64,000 nucleotides of DNA, taken from assembly GCA_964497315.1 (NCBI GenBank), contig CAZCCH010000003.1, positions 23,346-87,345 of the forward strand, in the 5' to 3' direction. The notes under the pieces were generated by a model. That model ran no database searches. It had not been told where the DNA came from and saw nothing but the letters and a program-made list of their open reading frames with translations. Source of the DNA: an uncultured Planctomycetia bacterium (GTDB lineage Bacteria > Omnitrophota > Gorgyraeia > Taenaricolales > CAZCCH01). The first letter of the stretch is position 1. The number at the start of each line of letters is the position of its first letter. Position numbers and translations under genes: made by a program. Positions 1-12,000 of this stretch are shown piece by piece.

Positions 1-2
1 AA

Positions 3-3000
3 ATAACTAAGAGCATCCCTCCTGCAGAAATAACGCCTGATAGAATTGCAGTGATAACTGAAAGCTTAAATCCTATGAGCAGAAGCACAAAACGTTTACG
101 CAAAGAAGCCGCAAGAACTCTTAGACAACTTCAGCCCACCCGCTTTACTGAAGAAAGATTACTTATAGGCAGAGAAGATGAACTTGACTGGCATACGGAA
201 AGTCTCGTTTCCCCTTACCATCAAGGCAGAATTTATGAAATATTAAAATATTATGATTTTGAAGATGGCAGGCATGAATCTATTCCTTTGGCATCTTTGA
301 TATTAAGAGAGGGCAGTGCATATTTTTTATCATATGAAGCAGGTCCAGGAACTAGTAATACTTTTGAGGTTACGAGAAGAGAAGGAGAAGCAGGTCCGAG
401 AGTTACTGTAGTTGAAGGATATATTACTAACTTAACAGATTTACCTTGGTTTAAAGAGATAGTTAACAGAAGAGAATGGGCGCTTCCCAATGAGGAAGTA
501 GCATATAGATTAGCATTGTTACTTACAAGCAAGACTTCTACTACACAGTTATCTATGGCTAGGCTTTATTCTTCTACGAACACTCATAGCGGTCATTATG
601 AAAATATTAACAGGCCTGAGGGTGCATCTCTTAAGATATTAACTGAAAGAATATCTAAATACCTATCTGGGCACAAGGTAGAAGATAGAAGCGTACTTGT
701 ACATAGGTTAAGATTCGAGTCACTTGGTTTATTAGATGCGAATTTAGAAGCTTTTGTTGTTGATGTTAGTCCTGTACCAGAATCTGCTGCAAGGTTTACT
801 GAATTTAGGGAATTAGTCGAAAAATGGGAAGAGAAATTAAAGACAAGAGATCATACAGGATTAGAAGCAGACCTTGCACTATTATCATCTTATGCCGATG
901 ATGATATGGCAGATAAGGCATTGCTAAAACGCGCCCACCCATTGCTTAATAGAATGGGCAAATTAAGAGAACGCGCTAAAACAAGAGCTGCCAAACTGGC
1001 TAAAGCACAAGCTATATCTGCATCTCCAGAGGGACAGATAATTACTCACCTCAAAGGAATGGCTAAGCATCATGGTAAAAAGCTGGATGCAGTTTGGTTA
1101 AATGCCAATGGAGCTTATGAGCGTTCTTTTGACCGTGGATTTAGCAGAGTAAAGGTTCCTGGTGATGTTGCACGACGTATAAAAAGAAATGGATTAAAGG
1201 CAGTTGCTATTTCAAAGCTAAGAACCTTAACAAAAGCTAAATATGCAAAAGATGTAATGTGGATTCTAAAAAACCTTAGCAGCGTTATGTCGCAGTTGCG
1301 CAAGCAACGCGAAGAAGGAGAAGGAATTAATGCTATGCGCCTCAATAATCTAGTTGTTTATGTTTCCGGATTTGATGGTGATGATGAGATTTATGGCATA
1401 GCCATTAAAACAGCACGATCTTATGCTGCAGGTGCTCGTATTCGTCTTGGGAGAATCCCTCTTTTAGATATTAAAAAGTGGAGGCCTGTTTCTGCTGCTG
1501 CAAGGTTTACTGAAGTATCGCAAACAGGAGCAATACTACCTTTACAAACAGCAGCTAATATAGTAGCAGGCGTACTAGAACAAGATAGACCAGCTAATAT
1601 ATACCTTTATACCAAACCCGGAAGAGAAATTTTGACTTTCCAAAGAAATGAAGATGGAGACATAATAGAGGTTTCTAGGGGTAGGCATGAAACAATCGAA
1701 GATCCTTCTACTGCAGTAAGTAGGCGTCTTTCAGAATTTAGAGGTGATGATTTTCTTGTTACTACAAAACCGGCATCCAAAGAGGCTGATGTTTCCAAAG
1801 TCGAAGAGACTGCAGTTTTGACTGTTTTTCCAGAATCTGTAGCTGCGCCAAAAACTTTAGACGACGCAAGGGAGTTAGTTAGTGAAACACTACAAGTTAT
1901 AGGAACAGGATATAGCGTTGGAGGTATTCTTAGTAGTTTAGAGGCATTTACAACTGACTTTGAGGTAGAAATAACAGAAAATGAAGTTAATGACTACATA
2001 GCTTCTCTTGCATCTTTTGAGGGAGATGGTTCTAGAGAAGGTTTTAATGAAATTATTGCTGACTTAAGAGCTTGCCTATTTCAACTTAGGGGATTTACTA
2101 AAAGGACTGCAATGCCTGCAAGATATTCAGAATTAACTTTTCCTGTTGAAATTAAAGGTATTTCTGCTGTGGGAGATGTTGCATTTACTTCTGATTTTGG
2201 ACATATACAAATTGTAAATGTTAAAGGACGCTTATCACTTCAGACGAACCCTGCTGTAAACGGAAGTATTTATAAATGGAGAGAAGATGATGAAGATGGC
2301 GGGTGGTATCTCACAAGCGGAACTGGAATAAAATATATAGGTGAAAGGGAAGCACTTGGTAAAAACATACGAAAAGCAATTGATAATAGAACTAAAGCCA
2401 GATATTCAGAACAGCAAAACCTACCACAAAGACTACACCAGCAAATAATGGATGTTTTGGGGCCTCAGGGTATTACACCTGCTGCTGGCTTGAGCCTAAT
2501 GAACCTGCCAATTCCGCGCTTAGAGCGTTTAGCTGACATTGTTAGCCCGAATTGGCGTGATAACCGTGATCTAGAGGTCCTCATAGCTAGACACAGATTG
2601 GATAATGGGCTTCAGGCCTATTTAGGCGATAGATTTTTTGCCCTTATACGAGACAATGAACTTATCGTCCGAGAGCAAAAATTTGATATGACAATTTCAG
2701 GTTCTGCGATGTATGACTATATAGTTGACGCTGACGAGATTGGTGTTGAAATTCCTGAATGGCTACATTATGAAGATCTTGCGATTGCAGAACCAGGACA
2801 GGTAGATAAAGAATTAGATGCATTAGATGATTTAGGGGAAGAAGGCGATAAATTGGGGCAAGCAGTACGTGACGCCAGGACACCCGGAGGCCCTGGTCAA
2901 GCAGAAGCAATTGTTGCAGCACACCTTGGAGCTAGAGTAAGAGGAGTATTTACGCTTGGACATGATGGAGAAGAATTACTGTTACGTATGAGAAGGGCAG

Positions 3001-6000
3001 GTGTTGACGTAACTAGAGTTGAACAAGATCCAAATAAGCGCACAGCCATGACCTTTGTTGTCTCAGGGGGTGGTAAGACTGCATTTGGTCATGAAATGGG
3101 CGCAGATGATAATTTGAATCTTAATAATTTAAGGCCTGAAGATTACCAGGTGCAGGTTTTCCATGTTGGAGGCCCTGCTTTAACACCAACATATATGAGG
3201 CAGCTGCCAAAGGTTTTTGCCAATGCTAAAAGAGAAGGTGCTATAACATCTATGGATATGGTAGCTGACCCATTATGGCTTTGGAAAGAACTTAAAGACA
3301 AAGGAGACGCTGCTAAAATTTGCAGAGATTTAGATGTGCTTATGCTGAGCACAAAGGAAGTAAAATATCATGCAGATTTACTAGAAGGCCAAAGTAAAGA
3401 AGAAGCAGAGCAACTTATGATAGAAGAAGCTGAAAAGATTGTAGAAGAGCTTCTTGCAATGGGCGTTAAGACAGTTGTCTATAAGCTGGGTGAGCATGGA
3501 GCTGTAGTTGGTTCAAGAGATAGCTTGATTTTTGAAGGTGCCGATCCCACAAGGACACCTATACATCAATATGCTGACCATTTTAAGATAGAGGCAACTG
3601 GTATGGGTGATGCTATGAGTGGTACTTTTGCTACTATGTTGGCAAGAACAGATAAACACGGAGAAGATGATACGCTAAATGGTGAGATGGCCTTTGGTAC
3701 TTTAGGACAACTGATGACAGTTTCCACAGCAGCTGCTTCTATTGCCGGTGAACAGGAGGGCGGCGGAGGTGACCTTGGCCACAGCCCTAAAGAAAAACTG
3801 CTTGAACGTCATATAGAATTGCAAGGCAAACCCGAATTCCGCCGTGCCATTGCCAGAATAGATGGCAAGACCACTAGAGACCAGGCAGGATCCAGGTATT
3901 CAGAGTCTCCCAGGCTCCCACTAGGAAGAGAGGATCGCGTTGTTGTACTTGGAAAAGAAATTTTTGTAGGAAGAATACCAGGAAGAGATATTGGACAGTG
4001 GTTACCTAGGGCATTAAGTGGGCCTGCTGGAAATGTTATGAGAATAATTATGAGGGAAACTCCACCAACCGCAACCGATGCAGATGGAGTTGAAATAGCC
4101 AGGAAGTTTAGTATTCACGATACAAATTGGTATTCTCCTGAGGTTACTGCAACTACAAAAGCAGATTCTACTCCAATAAACCCAATAGAGGCAGCAAAGC
4201 AAGTATTAAAGGAAGACAAGGGTTATGAGCTAAGAAAGGACAGGTTAACTCTTTATATAATAGGTCCTGCTCGCTTTGCAGAAGGCAAGCTCTTGCTTGT
4301 GGAAAATAATGATGATGTAGTAAATACAGTAAAGAGAAGTTTGGCGCGAAGAGGTGTTGAAGAAGAAGATATTATAGTAGTTAAAACCGGAGAAGATGCA
4401 CAACAACACCTACGAGGTGCAGATATTGCAGTAGCAATAGTTGATCTTACGCTTGATGGTGACATGACAGGTGAAGAAGTACTTGCTGAAGCGCTTGGCC
4501 GTAGCATTCCAAGAGTAGTATTTAGTGGGGATGTCGACATGGATCCTTCCAGGCGAAGAAGGGTAGAGGCCCTGGCGAAAGATGCTGTTTTTGCAAAACC
4601 TCGAGATTTTACAGCGGCTATAGATAAAGCCGTTGCTTTAGGTGCTGACTCACTCAAAAGAGCAAAATTCGTAACATCCCTTAGGGAGCTTGGCTATATT
4701 GATAGCGCTATGGATGTTTCTGAAAGGCCTGAGGATGAACCCTTTAGAAAAGCACTAGTGAGATTTCTGGCATCAGAAATTGGCCCAAGGATGGCCTCAA
4801 TGCCAGTATACCCTAAAAAGGTAAAGGGTGGTAGCGGTTGGTTTAGCCTTCCAGATGAGACAAAGCGATATTACGTATCATGGTCTAGGTCAGGTCAAAC
4901 CCCACAAAAAGAAGATGTTTTTAAGTTTTCAGTAGGCGCTGATCATAAATTATTCTCCAATGTACCTAAGACTGTATTTTTAGGTGGCATGACAACTATT
5001 AAGTCTACTGAGATAGAGATAGTTGAGGATGAGTCAGCCAGATTTTCAGAGGCTGATAAACTGAGACTTCACGCTGAGGATACTGCGTTTGGGTTGAATG
5101 GTCTCGATGTGCCAGAAATTCCCCTTCCAAAACTTCCAAGGCCACAAGAGGGAGGTGAAACTTGGGCTTCTATTAGTAATCCTCCTAAACACAGGATTTG
5201 GTCAACTTCTGGTAGTTTAGCGGGACGTAGCACAAGAACTGACGAAAAAGATCCCGCCAGATTTTCAGAAAAAAGCCTGAATGAAGCGCGGACGGCTGTC
5301 CGGGAAGCTTCGGAAGTCATTTCCACCGGTATGGATACTGTCTTAAAAAGAACAGGAGAAGTTGATCCTATAATATCAGTTCAGCCTGATGGTCGTATGA
5401 TATGGACTAAAAGTGGCCGGCAATTTGTAAAATCTGATGATGGGATATGGACAACCGTTATTGACAGAGATGGCACTAAGCAGCAGTTTAGGCCTAAGTC
5501 TAATGTAGGCAGGGCATTAAATCGAGTTGTTGCTAATTGGAGAGATGAGCTTAGAGGCACATCCCCGGCACCTGAGTACGGAGGTGCCCATGAACGTGAT
5601 CGCCGGGTAGCCGCTGCCAGATATACAGAAGCTAAAGCTAATGACATAGTTGAAATTACTAGTATTGAGGGCGAGCTGGATTTAATGACAGAAACTATGC
5701 AACAGATTAGAGGGCCACTTGCAAGATTATTAAAAGAAGAAGATATAGAAATTATAGTACGAAGCGACACAATTGCTTTTGTAGGCAACGCATTTTTAAA
5801 TTCTCTTTCTATAAATACCTGTCTATTTGCCTTGCGAGAATTTCATAAAGCTGTTGCAGAACGGGATTTTGCTACTGCAAGAAGAAAGCTTACTGATGCA
5901 CAAAGGAAGCTAGCAGAAGTTAAAAGAAGCCTACCCAAGAGCCCTAAAGCCCAAGAAGAAATAGTCACCCCTCTTGAAAGGGCAACTAGGAGTTTCGATG

Positions 6001-9000
6001 CTTATCTTAAAACTGCAACTTCACGTAGGCGCTTTAGAAATGCCAAACGAGCAAGATATTCAGAAGGTCCCATAGACCAAGCAGTAGAGGTATTGAGATT
6101 TAGAACCCTTCTATTTATAGGAACGGGCAAAAAAACCAAACCAGCCGGATTAGATTCCTTGATTAGTAAAACAGATGCTAAGCCACTTGTATGTTCAGCT
6201 GTCCCAGCTGAAATTATCCATGACATAGACCGAGAAACAATTCCAGGTCCGTCACCTAAACTACCTGTCTTAGTTTTTAAAGACCAGAGTACATTTGAAA
6301 GATACTATGATGCAGCAACTGAAACACATCCAGATATCATGATGATAATACTAATGCCTACGCAAGCTAGGGGAATAGATTTTGATATTGCTTATCCGCC
6401 TTCAGGAAAAAAGGCCCCTTATATTACTATTGCAAGCAAGGCTTCAGAAGCTGCCTGGGCGAATGCGATAGTGCGTCTTGCATCAACAATTGATGTGATG
6501 CGCCAAGATGGTATATTCGGTTCTCCTGATGCAACACAAGCCGAACAAGCTAGATATTCAGAAGCTACTCTATCTGATTTAGCTGATGGATACGACATGA
6601 CTGATGCTGATAGACGCTTGGTTAGTATGCTATCTTCAGAAAGCAATGAAGCAAGAGAAACAGCAATCAGTAGGTTTACTAGGGCTTTTGGCAATGTTAA
6701 GACAATAGAGGCTAATCGCAAGAATTTAGAAGGGATGCGTGTGGTACCAACTAAGGTAATAGGCTGGTTTCATTCATCAATTGATGATTTAGTTAGTTAT
6801 AGAGGATATCGCTGCCTTATGCCTTACCATCCATTACTTTTAGAAGTAGCAAAAGCAGCCCATAAATATAATGCAGAAGAAGGAACAGATTACCAGCCAT
6901 ATGCTACTGGTCCTTGGGTTTCAGCAAGTTATGCTGGCTTAAATCCAATAGCTGATGGAAGATATAAGCCATATATATATTGGTGCGATGGCTTTGGAAG
7001 ATCATTCTCTAATTTACCAGTTGAGTTAATAACTGAGATTAAAGATATAGCTAAGCGCGATGCCCTTATCGGTCCGCTAAAAACTAACATGACTGAAGCA
7101 CAAATAGAAGATGCCTTGCTTGGTAGATTATCAGCGGATCCTACATTTTTGATGGACCGTGTTAGGCTTGCATTAATTATAGGAGATGACTTAGAAGTAG
7201 CAGGTGCTAAATTATGGGCAAGTGAGCAGGTTTCTGTAAATAGGCTATTGGAAGGAACCCTTACTTTAGCTGGCGCTGCCCCTTTAAACGCCAGGGAAGA
7301 AGGACCGAAGCTATTAGTAAAAGTTATTCATAGACTAGTTGAAGGCAGAAAGAGTTTCTGTGGAGAGTTTGAAAAACCCGGACGTTCTGTTGGTGCAAAT
7401 CTAGTGGAATTTTTAAAAGGAGCAGAACCACGAGCTGATTTAGGTGGCAGGATAACAACTGTTTTAGAAAACTTTAGAATTGATAAGGACGGTTTTGAAG
7501 GCTTAAGAGAAGCTGTCCTTAAAGACCTTGCTCAATCAAATCCAACTGAGCAATATCCATTGAATGAAAGATTGAAAGAAGCTGCAGAATCAGTTCTTCT
7601 TGCAAGGCCCGAACTTGAGACTAGGGATGCACCGCCTTTCTTTGAAGGAGGGGAAGGAATAACTAATAATCCTGATGGTAGTGTTACCTTTAATAGTTCT
7701 ATACAAAATCAAAGAGGCAGAGTAGCATTTATGGTAGATTTCCCAGAGGCTAAACACTTCCAAAGAGGAAGAAGGCCTGTTGTATTTTTATTCCATGGTC
7801 TATCAGGACATAAGACAGAGCCTCATCTTCAAGAATTTGCTGAATGGTTTAGGCAAAGAGGTTTTGCAGTTGTAAGAATAGATTTTACTAATAACAAAAT
7901 AGGTGACAAACCTAATGAAAGCGGTGGAAACTTACAAGACTTTTCCATTGCAGGTGAGATGGGTGATTTTCTATCAGTAGCCGAACACCTAATAGAAACC
8001 ATGAGTGGTTGGCTTAATTTTTCTAGAACATATGTAGGTGGTCACAGCTATGGTGGTTTAGTAGCTAGAGGAGTAAGAGAATTAGCGCGTCTAAACTCTG
8101 AATCTGCGGTTGCTCGTTTAGGTATACAAGGTGTTATAGACATGTCTGGTATTGTATCTCCTGCGGGTTCTGCTAGGAAGGCTATACAAAGAGCCCTTAT
8201 ACAAAAGGTTCTTAGTGAGGGAAGAGCCCAAGACGAAGGAGAGGCAGGAAGCATTGTTTCATATGAAGATGTGCAAGAGACATACGAAACCTGGAGACGA
8301 GACCGCAACTTAGAATTATTTGCAGGTGGACAGCGCTTCTTTCTTAGAGATGATGATGGTGCAATAGATTGGGAACAATATGATGCTGTGGATGCTTTAT
8401 CAAAATTTCCTAAAGATGTTCCTTATGTATACATAATTGGAACAGAAGATGTTGGTGTTAGGTGTACAGGTCTTGAACAAGAGAACCAAGCAAGTAGGTT
8501 TATAGCTGCAGTTGAGAGCCGTCCTCTTGGAAAAGTATTGGAATTTGATATGGAACATGCGTATCCAGGAGAGTTATTGCCAGAGATAATTAGTGCAGCA
8601 GGTGAGGCATTGCGAATTCCTGAAGAGGCAAGGTATTCAGAAAGAATTGAGCCTCTTGAGGTCCTTACTGGAAAGCAGGCAATGGAGGTTATTCTTGGTC
8701 AGCTTGAGAAAACAGAAGAACTTTATATAACCTTAGGTTATGATAATCCAAACTTTAGGGTTAGAGAAGGTAGCATTGTATGCAATGGAAAAGGAGTTGA
8801 GGGATTCCCAGGGTCTGAGATCTTTAAACACTTAAGGGGAGTGCATAACTATTTTTATCAGTCTCAAATTAGACCAGGTGATAGCCCTACAAACTATCGT
8901 ACTGCATGGAGTCTTAACTCAATTGCATTGACTGCCTTAGAAAGAATAGATGCCTCTGAATTAGGAGCAGAACAAATAGAAATACTTAATATCCTAAAGG

Positions 9001-12000
9001 TAGCAGCTGTTAGCGTAGATAAGTTTTTTGGAGAGAGCTTTTCTGATCCTGCACGCTTTAGTGAACCAAAAGATGCAGAGGCTCTGGAGAAGAAAAGAGA
9101 AGGACTTAAAGCAGATGTAAAGGCAATAGCAGATGCAAGGGAAAGAGTACTAGAGGTATTAATGAAAAGCAAAACAGCGGATGGCAAACCTATGACAGAA
9201 GATATCACAGGGTTGATACCTCAATGCAAGTTAACTAAAGATTTACCCGGAGGCATAATGGCATTTCTTCTTTCTTTAGTTGGAAAAGAAAATAATGTAT
9301 TATTAGCTTACTCAGGAGGAAGTATACTATCATTAGTATATAACGAAGGAGCTTCTGATGGTGAATGGGATACTTCAACAGAATTACTTGATGAATACAA
9401 AGCTTCTACAGAAAAACCTATTCTTACAAGCACAAGAAGAGCTATATTAGCTAATCCAGATACAGAAATGTCAACAGATGATTTACTCAAAGGTGGTGCA
9501 ACTGAAGATGAGATTATAGCATGGGCAAGATATAACAGATTTAAGATGCGTCCTATAGGAGGTAATAATTACGCTGTAACAGGAAGATCACAGGAATCAG
9601 CACGCTTTACAGAAGGAACTGTTATAAAGAATGTAAGATTTTTTCCAAGCCAAGACTTGCCTACCATGCTTTTTGAGATATCAAGAGAAAATAGTTTTGA
9701 ATCTTTAGAAGTTCACTATAGCACAAAGAAGGCAGGAGGGAAATGGGGAGGTTATACTATCTTTAAGCCAACTATAGAAACAGGGGCATTCTGGAGGGTA
9801 GCCCATGTTACATTAAGCTCGCTATCAGCCAATTCTAAATGGGCATTCTTTTCCAGAGGAAAGACATTAATTTTATTAGCAGATGTCCCAGGTGATGAAG
9901 CGCAGGTAAAAGAACAGCTTGACAGTATGCTTAAGGGCGTACGACTAGGAGACCCTTATGAAATACTAGAACCATCATTAGTAGAAGAAATACCTCCTGA
10001 TAGTAAACAAGCTAGGTTTACAGAAACCACCATACCATTAAAGGAATTAATGCAAAAAGAAGATCTTGAAAGAGGCGCTTATTTTGTAACACAAGACCTG
10101 TCTCCAGAGCTAATAGGTATTGCTATAGAACTACTTCAAGAACCTAAGTTAGCAATTCTAGCAGAAGAAGGTGCTACTTTTACAGCAAAACATGAACCAG
10201 GAGTTGCGAATGATACCATAACATCTATTTCAATTGATGTACCCCTTACCAATAGACTTGTTAAGGCAGCTGCTTCTGGAATCACTCTTCATAGATTAAA
10301 GATTTCTCAACATATAGACCCTGATACAGGTATGAACCACTTAGAATTTGCAATAGCAAATCCAGCAGCAGAGACCTTTCCTGAATTTGCAGGTTTTACA
10401 GCTGTTGATGATGATGCAGCTCTTTTAGGGTTAGCAAAGGGTTTTTCTAATGTCATGAGAGCAGATAGAGATATTAGGTCTTTGCTTGCTGAAACTGTAA
10501 CAGAAGAAGAAACCGAAGATGTAATACCATTCGAGGAAAGAGCCCGTGAGGCAGGAGTTGAACTTGTTGAGCCAGAAAAATGGACTGATATTACAGAAGA
10601 GTTAAAGACTATTGCAAGGACAATTATAGAAAACGTTGGTCTAAGACTTTCCCGACCAAAACTTCTTTTAAGTTCTACAAGGTCAATGGTGGAACAACCG
10701 AGTTTGAGCGATGGTGAGGCAATTTCTAATGTAGTTATCCTTGCCTATTTTGCTAATGGAATACCGTGCGATTTTAGTGCAGAGCAACAAAAGGATACTA
10801 ACTGGATAGCATTTTCCGCAGTTGATCAGCGTTCTCCTTATGAGGTTGGTAGGGTTTTAATGCCTCAAGGTCTTTCCGGTCTTACTGCATTTACACAAGC
10901 CGCATTTGCAATAGCAGAGCATAATGCGTTTTCACCTGAGGAAGAACAGGCAAGGTTTACAGAGAGTCGACAATATGTTATGCCTGAAGGTGAAGCTAGG
11001 GCACTTACTGAAGATGTGGACACAGGAGGAGTAATAAGGAAATATGGAGATGGAATATTGACTCCTAGTGAAATAGACGAACTTGAAAAAGTAGAAAAAG
11101 CAGCAGTGTTTGATATTAAATTCCTAAGAGAGGGCAGTGCAGAAGAAATGTTAGTTTTTCATTGCTATGGCTACCTTCATAATTCCAGATTAGGGACACC
11201 AAAAGGTGGTGTGGCTATAGGAGATGAGAAGGCCGTAACTTCAGAGAAGATTAAGAAAAAGGCCTTTTTGATGACCATCAAAGATGCCCTTGCTGGTTTC
11301 TTCCATGCGGGATATCCATTTGGCCTAGGCGGGGCTAAATTTGGTATAGTGATGCCTGAAGGCATTAAGATATCAGATTTAACGGATATAGAATTGGAAA
11401 GACTAGCAAGAACATGGACAAAGGCACTTTATGAAAGAAACTTAATAGGACCAGATATATATGTTCCTGCGACTGACATAGGTTTAGATGAAAAAAGAGG
11501 GCCAAAATTTATGGCCTGGGTTGCAAGTGAATACAGAAATATAGTAGACGAAGATCACCCTGAAGTAGTTACTAGCAAAACCGTAGTAGGAGATGATTTT
11601 GGGAATATTGACCCTACCGGTGGAATAGAAGGAAAGGTAGGGGCAACGAAGCATGGCGGATTGTATGTTATCGAAGAAGTATTAAAAGCAGAGAATCTTC
11701 AAAGATTATCAAAACGATTTCGTGCGCTCGAAGGTCTTACTCCAGGGTTAGTAGGTAAGGAGGTTGCTGTTCAAGGTGCTGGCAAGGTAGCCTTAATTGC
11801 TGAATTGCTTCAGCAGACGAGCGAGGCGACTGTAAAAGCATGGAGCGATGAAGATGGCGGGTATTATGAAGAAAAAGGTTTAAATGTGGCTGAATTGTGT
11901 AGACCAGAAGGATTTGTTGCTGCTGGAGAATTTTTAAGGACAAAACCAGGCTTTCCTTTAACTAATTCTATTACCAATGTGGCATTATTGAAACTACCTG

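Noticed and set aside
51-53. GTG 51 as the start of the giant ORF
   Set aside because: The frame is open back to position 3 with no SD or signal peptide, so the gene most likely starts upstream of the window.
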